Shown piece after piece: positions 12,467 through 23,672 of a stretch of DNA of 35,929 nt. Below the pieces are notes generated by a model. The model saw only the letters and a list, made by a program, of their open reading frames with translations, searched no databases and was not told the origin of the DNA. The first letter of the stretch is position 1. Each line of letters opens with the position of its first letter. A program made the position numbers and the translations under genes. Origin of the DNA: Welwitschia mirabilis. Its lineage: Eukaryota. The stretch covers positions 11,731,795-11,767,723 of the forward strand of contig JBOZIK010000001.1 of assembly GCA_051453625.1 (NCBI GenBank), in the 5' to 3' direction.

Positions 12467-13960
12467 TATTCGCTAGGAATTAAGTTATTCATTATAGTAA
12501 AAATTGCAAACATCAAATGAACTAGTAAGGACCTAGTATTATTCTTCCATAAGAAAATTTATGATAAACTAATCAAACACAAAATAATAATCTAATCCTA
12601 TAATGAAATCAATAAAAATGAAAAATCCAAGGGTTTTAACTATTTTTGTGAATCAAGGTTAGTGACATAAGATGATGAACATGATCCAGATGTATATCTT
12701 GGCTTGTTTAGCAATTCTTCTTCACTTAAACAATTTTTATAATTCCTAAAACATAATATTTGAATCATCAAATAATGATGGCTTAGTTGTGATAACATAA
12801 TCTCATTCTTCACCTAAGTGTTGGTGAGTTCAATATTTACTTTAGTCCTTCATATCCCTTCATGAACATAAAAAGTAAGTATGACTGTTTTTAAGATCTA
12901 TAAAATGCTAGAAACTACAATGAAAAAGTTAACTTTATAGAATTTACTTGATCCTAAAGATCTTAATGATGTAGTATCATCTAATTATTAATAGTACCAT
13001 GTTAATATGCATTAGAAATCAAAGAATGAACAATTATTAACATATTGTAAAAAAGAAAGAGTCTCACCTAAGGATTAATAGTATTATGTTAATGTACATC
13101 AAAACATCAAGCATGAACAACTATTTCATGTATCAATTTATAAAATACATTACATCAAAAGAGAAAGACAAAGTTTAAGTGAACTCCTTAAACTAGCCTC
13201 AGATTAAGTCTACTCCCAAGGAAGATGCTTAGAAAGCCATGACATCTTAATGCTTCAAGTATTTCCATCACCTTTTTCCAATCAAAGATTGTTTAAAATG
13301 AGGACTCAAGGTTTTTTTATAAATAAAGGAAGGCTTGAAAATCTTTAGCATGCTATGGTTAATGATGGTAACATGAGTAGATTTACATTTTTAGGTAGTT
13401 ACATTGAGCAGGTTACAAAATTTGGGATGTATCCTTAATGAAGGATTCCTTGTCTTCTTATGAAAAAGAGGTGATGACATCCTCCTTAAATACTGATGTA
13501 GCTATTACAAGATATCATGTCATGTATCTTCCACATAATTATCTTCATTGCTATCACATGTTAGTGTGATATATCATTTTACACTTCTGCCATGTGTTGT
13601 CAAAGTTAAACATTAAATATAATTTATCATTTAACTAAGCCCATAAGTTGAATGTGATATTTTTTCCATAAAAATACAAGAATACAAGAATGAACTAATT
13701 CTACCCTAAAAGAATGGACGTGCCTGTGACCTAGACAACAGTGCTAGTGTTTTTTAAACTAGAATTCTTTCAATTTGTAGAATGTCTTCCAAAAGGTATA
13801 AATGAACCTAAAAATATTATGGAAAAGTAAATAATTTCATGAAATATGATGAAAAGTGTATAAAACATTGTTTTATGATAAACTAACTAATTTAATATAT
13901 TTTCTTATGTAAAATTGATTAAATATACTCGTTTGGAATGTTAATTTTTGCATGTAAATA
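12467..13960 (-). repeat. 5' LTR of Athila-like element A
   Basis: TATTCGC...TGTAAATA (both terminal dinucleotides mutated by transitions); aligns to 6476-7905. Confidence 0.9.
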
Positions 13961-13965
13961 AGAAT

Positions 13966-15290
13966 TCTTTTTTCCCTCTAAAATGCTCTTGGTAAGCTTT
14001 CATTAGATCTACATCCTCATGCTTGTCTTCTTTTATATTTTATTTTATCTCTTTTTAGTATATATTAATTCAACATCTTCAATGTTGAATAATCAATCTT
14101 CTTCTTCATCACTTTCTTTACTACCTGTAATGTCAAAACATTTTCTAAATCCAACTAATGGGGTTTAGTTAAATAAAATTCAAAACCATTGTCATTTAAG
14201 ATAGTGATAAGAGCCACATTAGAATAGATAAATGGTATGAATGATAGGCTCTTGTTGTCCTATGAGTCTTCCTTATTTAATTCATCACTATCTCAAGTGG
14301 TTATATTGCATTTTTTTCTAGGGTTCTTTGATTACCTTCTTCTTTTTATTATTGGGACACTCATTTGTCATATGTTGAAATCCTTTATAAGCATAGCATT
14401 TAATACTCTTATTTATAAAGTTGTCCTTAGGTCTTGAAGTGTTATGAGAGGATCTCTCCTATTTCTAGATTTCTTAATTCTCAAGATCTTCTTGAATTTT
14501 CTAGTAAATAATACTAACTCTTCATACATATTAAAATATAAACTATAAAATGTAGAATTAGAAGACTCATATTTATTATTAAATTTAGAGGAAGAAAGAA
14601 ATTTATTTAACATTAAGACATACCTTTTCCTTGGCTACCTTTATGAATATGCCTTGGCTCAAATATCAAGTTGTTACTTATTAATTCTTCAAGCCTGATG
14701 TTTTTATTGTTCCTTATATTTTTTATTATATAATCTTATTTTCATAGGATTTTGGTACAGATCTCAAAATATTCTCAACAATTTATCTAGATTTGAGAGC
14801 TTTGAGAGGTTCTCCAAGTTCCTAAATTCATTGACAATGTCCATTAGCTTGTTATTGAATTTTATAAATGCTTCATCACCTTGCATTCGAATTTGCTCAA
14901 ACTATTTCATAAGCATTTTCTTCTTAGTTTTTTATGATATAATTTATCCTTTCATATGTTACCTATAAGTAATCCCATATATCATTTAGGATGGTAAAGT
15001 TTCTTACATTCTTATAATCTTTTGCATTAAGCCCATAACATATAGCATTCATAGCCTTCTTATCAAGCATTTTCTAGTCTTTTTCTTTATCATCCCATGA
15101 GTTCTTTGGTTTAATCATAAAAGTAGTAATCCCATTAGCTGTGTGAGATTTCATTAATGGGAAGAAGCCTTATTTCATAATAGTCTAATAGTTAAAACTC
15201 ATTTCTTCAATAAATAACTTCATTATTATTTTCCAAAATTTAAGTTGTCATTAGTGAAGTATTATGAATGGTTGATTGGTTGACCTTCAA
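13966..15290 (-). pseudogene. Copia (SIRE-like) gag with UBN2-type region and CCHC knuckle
   Basis: EGQPIN..., WKIIMKLFIEE, IWDYL*VTYE, MLMK*FEQIRMQGDEAFI, KLMDIVNEFRNLGEP, VENILRSVPKSY; knuckle CYAYKGFQHMTNECPN at 14351-14398. Confidence 0.9.
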
Positions 15291-15342
15291 TGATGTAAAA
15301 CTTAGTAAGTAATTAAAAATACACAAAAAGACCTATACCAAA

Positions 15343-15354
15343 GCTCTAATACCA
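15343..15354 (-). promoter_or_regulatory. Primer binding site (tRNA-iMet) of the copia element
   Basis: Minus strand TGGTATTAGAGC versus canonical TGGTATCAGAGC (11/12), 2 nt from the LTR end. Confidence 0.88.
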
Positions 15355-15356
15355 AC

Positions 15357-16465
15357 TATTAGGACTATATATCTTATAAGAAAGGGATGAATTAGACACA
15401 TAAGGTAATTTTTGCAACTTAAAATATTAATACTACATTTGGACAAAGCACTCTATCACCCAATTAAAAAATAGTTAGATGCAATTTAACTTTGGATGAT
15501 AATTTAAGAAATTAATAATGCATGAAAAATTCACAATAATATAATCAATTAGAAAGTATAAATAATTAGGCACAAGATATAAAAAGTAATCCTATTTTAC
15601 TTTTATTAAGAGTGCAACCTCCAACTACACATCCAATGGAAGTTTACAGTTATCCTCCACTAATACAATTAGGATTTTTAGGTAATTATCAACCTTAAGA
15701 AGAAGCCAATTTCCTTGCTTATTATCACATTTTAGTACATAGGAAGGTATGAAATAATTAAAGTATAATTAATAGAGATCAACATGTGATTTGAAGTGCA
15801 ATACAAAAGTGATAAAACATATGAACCACTATAATAGATAAATTATTTATATAGGAATGTTTATAGCTATTATAGGTTATATGAATAAAAGATATGACTA
15901 TTATAGCATTCAAGACAACTTGTTACCTTCTCAAGATGAAGTTTCAATAATTGTTAATAGTCCATAATGGCTATTTTTCCATTAATTATTAGACTAGCAC
16001 TAGATCCCTTTGAGGTGATAGTCGACTCATGTCTACCTTTTAAATACGTAATCTAAGCTAGGTGGTTAAGCCACTGACTAAAGTTGGTAATTGGTTCAGT
16101 TATAGTAAAGATTTATAAGACTGACTATTAACCCTTATGAAGTGTGGATCAACTCTCTGGTGATTAACATCCTTGATTCTACTAATTGACTGCTTGATGA
16201 TTTTGGTTATTCCTATTTAATAGTTTATGGTCGACCCCCTAGATAATGTTGGTTGATTTCCTAAGGAATTTCTTCTTATTTAGCTTTCTTTGTTTATTAG
16301 CTTCTATTATCTTTTGATGCAACTTCTAAGTGTCTTGTCTATCATCTATTGTATATTCTAGTTTTTATTTCAAATAATTAAATCTAGCCTATAAACAAAT
16401 TTATTTCATTAGCAACTTTGAATAACATTTGAATTATTATTAATATATAGCTAAGAGGTGCAACA
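15357..16465 (-). repeat. 5' LTR of the SIRE-like element
   Basis: Adjacent to the PBS. Plus-strand AAGAAAGGGATGAAT resembles the SIRE U5 motif (AGAGGGGGGTGAAT). Scattered GTCGAC-type motifs; ends ...GTGCAACA at 16465. Outer end inferred without a partner LTR. Confidence 0.65.
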
Positions 16466-16779
16466 AATTTTCTTTTTACACTTTTTTCCATATCTATTTT
16501 GATTATTCTAGCTTTTGAATTATTTTAACATGAATTTTGATTTAATAAGTACATGCATATTCTAACTTTAGAATTATAAGACATTAGAGATCCTAATTGG
16601 TATTATCAGAAATGATTCACAAGTTCATAAGAGAATAATAATGAATAAGATTAATGCAAATAACCTTTAAGCATAAACTTATGATTAAAAAAATGAAGTT
16701 AAGTTTGGATCCATCATACTTTAATTCAAGTGATATTAATTTGACCTTTGATAAATACTATAAAGGGAAACTTGAAATC

Positions 16780-17640
16780 AAGTTAGTAAAAGATCAAAAA
16801 TTAAACAAGGGAATAATTGTTATTTTTAAGTTAGCAAAAGTTTCAAAAATAAATATAGGTCATTAATACATTATTCTTAAGTTAGTAGAAGTTAATAAAT
16901 CAAAATCAAATAATATTATACTTATGTGAAGTTAGTAAAATATTAATAACTTAAAGGAGAACATTAATATGCTAATTTGGAGTTAACAAAAGGCTAATAA
17001 TTGAAATGAAAACATTAATATGATAATTTAGAGTTAGAAAAAAAATAATAATTCAAAGGATGAAACTAGCATGCTAATTTATAATTATGATAAAGTTAAT
17101 AACTTAAAGGAGGATGCTAATATGCTAATATGATATTAGAAAAAGATCAATAACTCAAATTAGAACATCAAGATGATAATATAAAGTTAGTAGAAGGATT
17201 AGAACTCAAATGAGACTGACAATATGCTAAACTAAAGTGATCAAAAGATCAAGGTATTAAAACAGGGCTTTAATATGCTAAATTAAAGTTATAAAAAGGT
17301 TAATAAGTTAAATAAGAATGCAAATAAATTAAAATAAAGTTATTAAAAGGTTAAAGAATCAAAAGATCACATTAGTATGCTAAGATGGAGTGAAGAAAAG
17401 ATTAAGAATTAGAGGAGGATGTCAGTTTATTAAACTAGAGTGAATATAAGATCAATAAGTTAAAAGTGGAAGTCATTATCTTGATTAGAACTACTTTATT
17501 ATTTATAGAGTTAATAATAAACATCATTATGTCAACCAAAACTATTTTATTACCTATAGAGCTATTATAGAATGCTGGTATGCTAACTAAGATTACTCTA
17601 TTACTTATAAATTTACCATTGCATACTAGTCTTTAGTTAG
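16780..17640. repeat. Degenerate 50-51-bp tandem array, left part
   Basis: About 14 type A units (AAGTTAGTAAAAGATCAATAACTCAAAGGAGAACATTAATATGCTAATTTG-like), then about 3 type B units (ACTACTTTATTACCTATAGAGTTA...GAATGCTAGTATGCTAACTAG-like) from ~17489. Confidence 0.88.
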
Positions 17641-20600
17641 TGTCACATCCAAATTTTCCTAAGATTAGAAGACCTTCATAATCATTTATATAGTTAATTA
17701 AATAATAATAATGAGTCTAGTTTCAAATTTTTTAAAAATAATAATATTTGAAATAAAAGTAATAGTAAAACCAAAGTATTTGCATGTTATTACTTTAGAG
17801 TTTATTAAAATATTAAATATAGTTATAACCTTAGTAAATTGATTAAAATATTAATTTAATTATAGAATTTACTATTTCTTATGCATGAGTATTATTTATT
17901 ACAGTGAAAGTTGTGAATACTTAGCTTATCTTTAGAAATTAACTATAATTTTGATATAGATTTTTCTCAATTATATCTTATTCATGCAATAGTAATGATA
18001 TGTGATCTAAAGTAAATATTCATGTTATTTATCTTATGTAGTTAAATTTATTTATCAGATATTGTTATATTAATGTTCACACCTAGTGGCTAGGTTTGAA
18101 AAGGAAGGGTTAAAGGAACCTAAATTATTTATATAAATCTAAAACTTACTATCAATCTGATTATTAGTTTTCTATTATAAATACTTGATTTCCCCTAGAT
18201 ATTAGAGTCATATCTTACAACTTGGTTGTGTGGAGCTTGATTACCATTAGAAGTACTTTGAATTTTTGCTAAGAATAAGTGTGGTCCATAACCTTCTTTG
18301 TAAATACTTGTATGATTCATTCTTGTATAATTTTACATGGTTTCAAATTCTTTCATGTATTTGTATCTTGTAAATCCTCTATGAATGTAATATTTTTTGT
18401 ATTATCATGTATGTGCTGAATTATTCATAAAATCTTAAAGTCTTATACCAATATCTTATGAGAATCTTATAGGAGTTTTTAGGGTTGATGTTTCATATGA
18501 ACCAATTGTGAGAGCCTTGTGAACTCTAAGCTATCTTATTGTCAATTATTGTAATTGAGTCTTGTTGACTAGCCCTTTTATAAGCCTTATACATAAGTAT
18601 CTTATTTGATCATTAACCTATGTTATGTGGTATTAAATTATGAAATAGACAATTTGCTAAGATAACCATCTATACAAATTTCAATGAGTGTAATTCTCTA
18701 TTAGAAGTCCTAAGGAATTAGGACCAGAATGCCAGAGTAAAAAGGGGAGATATGTGTACAACTTATACAATTGATACCCCCTTTTGGCAGGGTGCATTTG
18801 GACTATTGAAAAATGTGATATGGATAACTGTAAAGAAGTTAACATAAAGTAAGGAAAGGTCTTAATCATGTCTCTTGATATGTATCTCTTTACCTTATTT
18901 TGAAACTCCTATCCCCAACCTATTACTTGTAGTGGGCCATAATGGGAATTATAATGGAATACAGTTCTCACACCATCTGTGCATGTGTAGAAACAAATGC
19001 AAGTAAGGATGTAGGAAAGAGCTAGTGACCACAAAATAGGTGATATCTATGTTTTTACTTTAGTTATTATGTAGATGTTATGTGGTTAATATATACTTTA
19101 GTTGATACTTTCCAAGCTTATCATATGTACTTAGATAGATGAGACAATCATTTATCGGTCATTATGTTATAGCTGTATATAATAAAAAAATTCTCCTTTT
19201 CCTTCAATATTATAGTTATTTGTGAAATTTTCATTGATTTATTATTCTTTCTTAGAGATAAGATATTTGTTTTTTTTATTTTAGTTAACTATAGCAAATT
19301 GCTTGATATGCGATGCTTTAGTTCTGTTATTGTTTAAACATTAATAAATAATTTGTTATTCCTTAAATTTATAGAAATGTATATGGTTAAGATTTTATCA
19401 TCTTCTTCCTCATTATAAGAGTTATTTTTGAGAAATATATTTATAAATATGCCTTATAGATTTATTAATTATGATACATAACTTAAGACATAAGCTTGTT
19501 TAGTTATAATAACTTCTAGTTAAGGCTACAACCTATTTATTATTCACCGTTGAACTAACTTCAAGTGTAAACTTAGCTTAAATAATTAAGTTAATTACTT
19601 ATCTAAGAGTATTAACTTTAAGCTTTATAGGTATAAATTTTATGCTCCACTTTTCTTTCAAGATAATTACTTGTAATAAATAGGTTATAGAGTACATTAA
19701 AGTATTTACAGTTTTAAAACTAGCATATTAAGTTACTAATAAAATATTGCTTTGTTATGTGTAACATATATTATTTAGGCTGACTATAGATTAAACTGAT
19801 ATATCATAGGATTATAACATCTATCATTTAGAATTATTAAGTTACTTAGGAATAGGCATTTTAGTGGATCCCAATGATGTCTAGCATTGCAAAGGATCCC
19901 AGTGTAGTAGTTCCTGAGGGTCATTGTGGATACAGTAAGTCCCTAAATGGATGTGGCACTATTGCTGGCTTTGGACAGCTGTGGGGACTAGTCACCCCCA
20001 CGGAACCATACATAAATATGTATGTACACACAATTGCGGTTCAACTAGTGGACCACCCTGCAATAGTGGTTAAAACATAAAGTGGTTGAAGTGTTCCATA
20101 GTGATTGAATAATAAAGTGGTTGAAGTGTTCCATAGTGGTTGAATAATCCCATATTAATAAAATACAAGGCCTTGTACATGCATATAAATCTTGTGAAAT
20201 ACTTCACCTAACACTACTTGGTTTTGGGTTGGAACCTCGCTTGCTTTATATGCTCCAGGATCCATTATGAAATTTAACACCCACCATCCACCTTAAGTGA
20301 GACTCTTTAGCTTTTATGTTAGTTCTCATTGTATCTAAACTAGTCATTGGAATGGTGTTAAGATGGAAGGTCTTGTATTCAAGTCTTAAAACTGACATTT
20401 TATCATAATGGGCTAAACAAATTAAATTTACCTTAATTATTAATTATAAATGTTTCTTTAAATAAAATTTCAAATTGGATCCTATTAATGGTCACAATGA
20501 TCCTTATATTAATGGAATGTGCAAAGCTTATAGTATGCCTTACTAAATAAAATACTTACATATTGTGTATATATTTTCTTTGCTATGATTTACTTGTAAA

Positions 20601-20877
20601 CATATGCATCATACCTCCTTACCCAATGTACCACTCAAATATTGGCTTGCCATAGCAACCTCAAATATATGTTTGACACATTTTGAGCCTTTACAATTTA
20701 ATAATATATATACATTCATTTGTGATCAACTATAATGTAAACTTTAGAAATTTTTATAATACAACTAGGCCATAAACTATTAGACATTACATTATACTAT
20801 TAGAGTTACAACTATAATGTAATCGTCTCACTTATCAGCCTTTATGATTCCATTGGATGTTAGAAGTGGATGTTACA
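17641..20877. mobile_element. Solo LTR, Tekay/Del-like Ty3/gypsy, 3237 bp
   Basis: Inverted termini TGTCACATCC...GGATGTTACA (9/10). Perfect 5-bp TSD GTTAG (17636-17640 / 20878-20882). The tandem array resumes directly after it. No coding motifs seen inside; lineage inferred from termini and length. Confidence 0.85.
20077..20146. repeat. 35-bp tandem duplication
   Basis: ATAAAGTGGTTGAAGTGTTCCATAGTG(A/G)TTGAATA twice, 1 mismatch. Confidence 0.95.
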
Positions 20878-21095
20878 GTTAGGACTACTTTATTACCTTG
20901 AAGTTACTATAGAATGCTAATATGTATATGGAAACTAGTTTTTTACCTATAAAATCATTATAGAACATTTATATGCTTACTAGGACTATCTTATTACCTA
21001 CAAAGTTAATATAGAATGCTAGTATGCTAATAAGACTACTATATTACTCATAAAATTATAATAAGATGCTATTATACTAACTAGAATTCATTTTA
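20878..21095. repeat. Degenerate 51-bp tandem array, right part (type B)
   Basis: About 4 units GACTACTTTATTACC...GAATGCTAGTATGCTAA, same unit as 17489-17640. Confidence 0.88.
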
Positions 21096-21689
21096 ACTTA
21101 ATGAATAGGTTAAACTATTATGAATAAAGGTAATAAACTAAGAGATTTATATTATTTAATAATATATGAATAAGATAATTATTATAATTATTATATTAAT
21201 AAAATTTGTTATTTTTAGTAGAATATCACTTTCTTAATCTAAAGATTTTGTGGTTACTAGTAGTTTTCATCATTTTTAACTCTTAAAATTTGCATAACCA
21301 AATTAGCTTTTATAAATAAAAAGTAGGACATAGATTAATGGATTTGACATCTTAACAAATGTACATTGGTAAATCATGGAAGATCATGTGAATAACCATA
21401 TTAATGCTCTTAAGAAAAGGATTAAATAGGTTCAATAATAGAACCAAGTAATTACACAAACGTAGAGGCTTTTTAGCATTGATCTAATACAAAGTTAAAC
21501 TTCATCCTACATTTTTTCAAAGAAAGATTAGGGGAATGATCCATGTAACATTTTTAAGTAGAAATATAAGAATTCTTATAGATCCAAAATGAGAAGACAT
21601 AAAACATTGAGTGATAATTCATGCAATCTTTAACTACACATTTAGAATTGAAATAGATTCACAATTAAGTATGAGAATATGAAGATTAG

Positions 21690-22150
21690 ATCAATATCCT
21701 ACTTGGGAAGGCATGAAGCCAAATAACTTAGGAGTAGTTGTTTCAAGACCATAGGGAAAGAATCTAAATTAGAATATATGTAGGAACTACTAGATCATGT
21801 AAAGAAGCATNNNNNNNNNNTGTATTAATGTTCTTAATGATTGATGTAATACCTTGGTTAACTAGATTGTGTGTAATGAGGAATCATTATGTGAAGTGGG
21901 ATGAACTCATATAATAATTTTGTAACACATTTATTCTTGAATATTTCATTAAGAATAGGTGAGTACAATTTAAGTACTTATGTCTATGAAATAAAATCTT
22001 AAACAAGCATTGGAAATATTTTAGAAGTAGAAAAAATTTTTACATTTAAAGGATTATAAAAAACTAGCAAATGACTTTATTGGAACCATTCCATCAATTA
22101 TAGAGTTTGATATGCTTGCATGAATTTACATCACCTTAAGAAGTACATGA
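21690..22150 (+). pseudogene. Ty3/gypsy gag remnant
   Basis: PTWEGMKP (~21698) and MFLMIDVIPWLTRLCVMRNHYVKWDELI**FCNTFILEYFIKNR*VQFKYL (from 21828) follow the retrotransposon gag pattern P.F.G...L.gdA..W.....W.el...F...F. Heavily decayed; no LTR pair defined. Confidence 0.45.
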
Positions 22151-23537
22151 AAACCAAGTACTACATGTAAGCTAAGTAATAAGTCATCATAAATGCCCAT
22201 GTGATAATAAATGTTATATCATAGGCATCCTCTTAATAGTTCTAGTAGAGTCAATTCTTACAAATTCTAATAATTATAAGAAAAGCAAACAAATTACAAG
22301 GATTATCGAAAGAAAAATGAAAAGGAAAATTCTAACCAAGCCCTATCTCTATAGTAAGGATAGCATCAATTAGACAAGTACCTACTTATAGCCATCTAAA
22401 TAGAAGAATAAGACAAGAATAAGGATTTCAAGGTAGTTCCTATGAAGATTCAATTGTTCAAGGATGAATAACTATCTTAAGAGGAAAGTCTATTTTATGT
22501 TTAAATCCTAATATTAAGAGGTATTCGATAAATGAAACTTATTTAATAAATTGGATACTTATATGATTTAAATGAGTTGACATAAATAAGTATGTATTAA
22601 TTATTACTTATTAATTGAGAAAGAAGTTATAACTACCTATTTAAGAGGAATGATCCTTGTAAAAAAGGAATGAATATAGCTAAAAAATATTGGTTAATGT
22701 CAAAAGAATGATCTAGTTAGGGCATAGAATAAACTAGATGGATTATAATATTTGATAAACCTAGCCTAATCACTTAGTGGTCTTAGTGAGAAGACCTTGA
22801 AGCCAAGCCCTCTTGGATAGTCTATCAAGGGAGCACACCCTTCTTAACATTAGTAATGTGTGGTTGGAGATTCTTATAAATTAATAAATACAATTTATCT
22901 TTTTATTCATTGTTGATATCTATTTTAATTATTCTAGGTCTTGAATTCTTTTTAATGCATTTTCAATTAATAAGCACATGTACATTATAATTTTAAAATT
23001 TTAAGATGTCAAAACATTATATCATCTCTTATTAATAATAAATTATACATAAATTATTATTAATTTAATCATATGATAATTATTAGTTGTAAATATAATG
23101 TTCTAATTTGTTAACATAATAATACAATGTGATTTTCCTAACATTGTTCAAATATGATTATTTAATCTTTAGTAGCTAGAAGTGAATGTATGAATATTTG
23201 AAACTAAGCATGATGTAAAGAGTTATAAATTATATATATTTTTTTAAAAGAAGGCTACATGTTATTTATCAAATTTATTATCATAAAAATATAGGAATAC
23301 ATTTTTCCAACATAAGCTCTACTTTTTTGAGTTGACATACTCTCTTCAAATTTGTATGTGTCTACTACAATGCATAATTCCTCATTGTAGAAAACTTTCA
23401 AGTGACATTCTGCATTTTTCTAATTATATTTTAATTTTTTAGACCTTATTTTCATGTCTTTTAACTATATAATTGTATTAATAATATAGGAGATGTGAAC
23501 TCATGCATAGTTAAAATATCGTCATAAGATATGCCCA

Positions 23538-23672
23538 CCATTGATCTCTATGATTGCATCATTGGGGATAGGTTCTTACATGGTACGTAGAGCATGAATA
23601 ATGGAGTTGATAATAGAATGCACTCTTGTATCATCCATTAGCCTCTATGGTTTCATCTGTAGGGATAAAGTT
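23538..23672. repeat. Two diverged ~37-bp direct repeats, period 97 bp
   Basis: CCATTGATCTCTATGATTGCATCATTGGGGATAGGTT (23538) and CCATTAGCCTCTATGGTTTCATCTGTAGGGATAAAGTT (23635). Confidence 0.6.

Larger units (their letters stand above)
6476..13960 (-). mobile_element. Athila-like Ty3/gypsy LTR retrotransposon with two LTRs, gag and extra ORF, no pol
   Basis: Direct LTRs 6476-7905 and 12467-13960 (about 80% identical over the first ~110 bp by hand count). TSD AAAAT (6471-6475) / AGAAT (13961-13965). tRNA-Asp-type PBS, PPT and Athila gag motifs present. Confidence 0.9.
78..16465 (-). mobile_element. Degenerate SIRE/Maximus-like Ty1/copia LTR retrotransposon, interrupted by two Athila-like insertions; 3' LTR not in window
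   Basis: Minus-strand order: LTR (16465-15357), PBS TGGTATTAGAGC, gag/UBN2 plus zinc knuckle, protease WYLDSN, RT QIYIDEIIFG, RNase H ALSTTEAEY, extra 3' ORF. Segments stay collinear once 2870-4224 and 6476-13960 are removed. Left limit is approximate. Confidence 0.8.

Noticed and set aside
16654-16866. 70-aa ORF, and other short ORFs (11068, 14237, 18681, 19874, 26637, 26720, 29794, 32740)
   Set aside because: Low-complexity, antisense to TE genes, or inside repeats/LTRs; no recognisable domain.
16780-21095. CRISPR array
   Set aside because: Units are diverged tandem copies along their whole length, with no invariant repeat plus unique spacers; eukaryotic context and no cas genes.
16495-22849. 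One long plus-strand LTR spanning the array and ending ...CTTAACA at 22849
   Set aside because: No partner LTR, TSD or clear PBS, and gag-like sequence lies inside, so boundaries cannot be supported.
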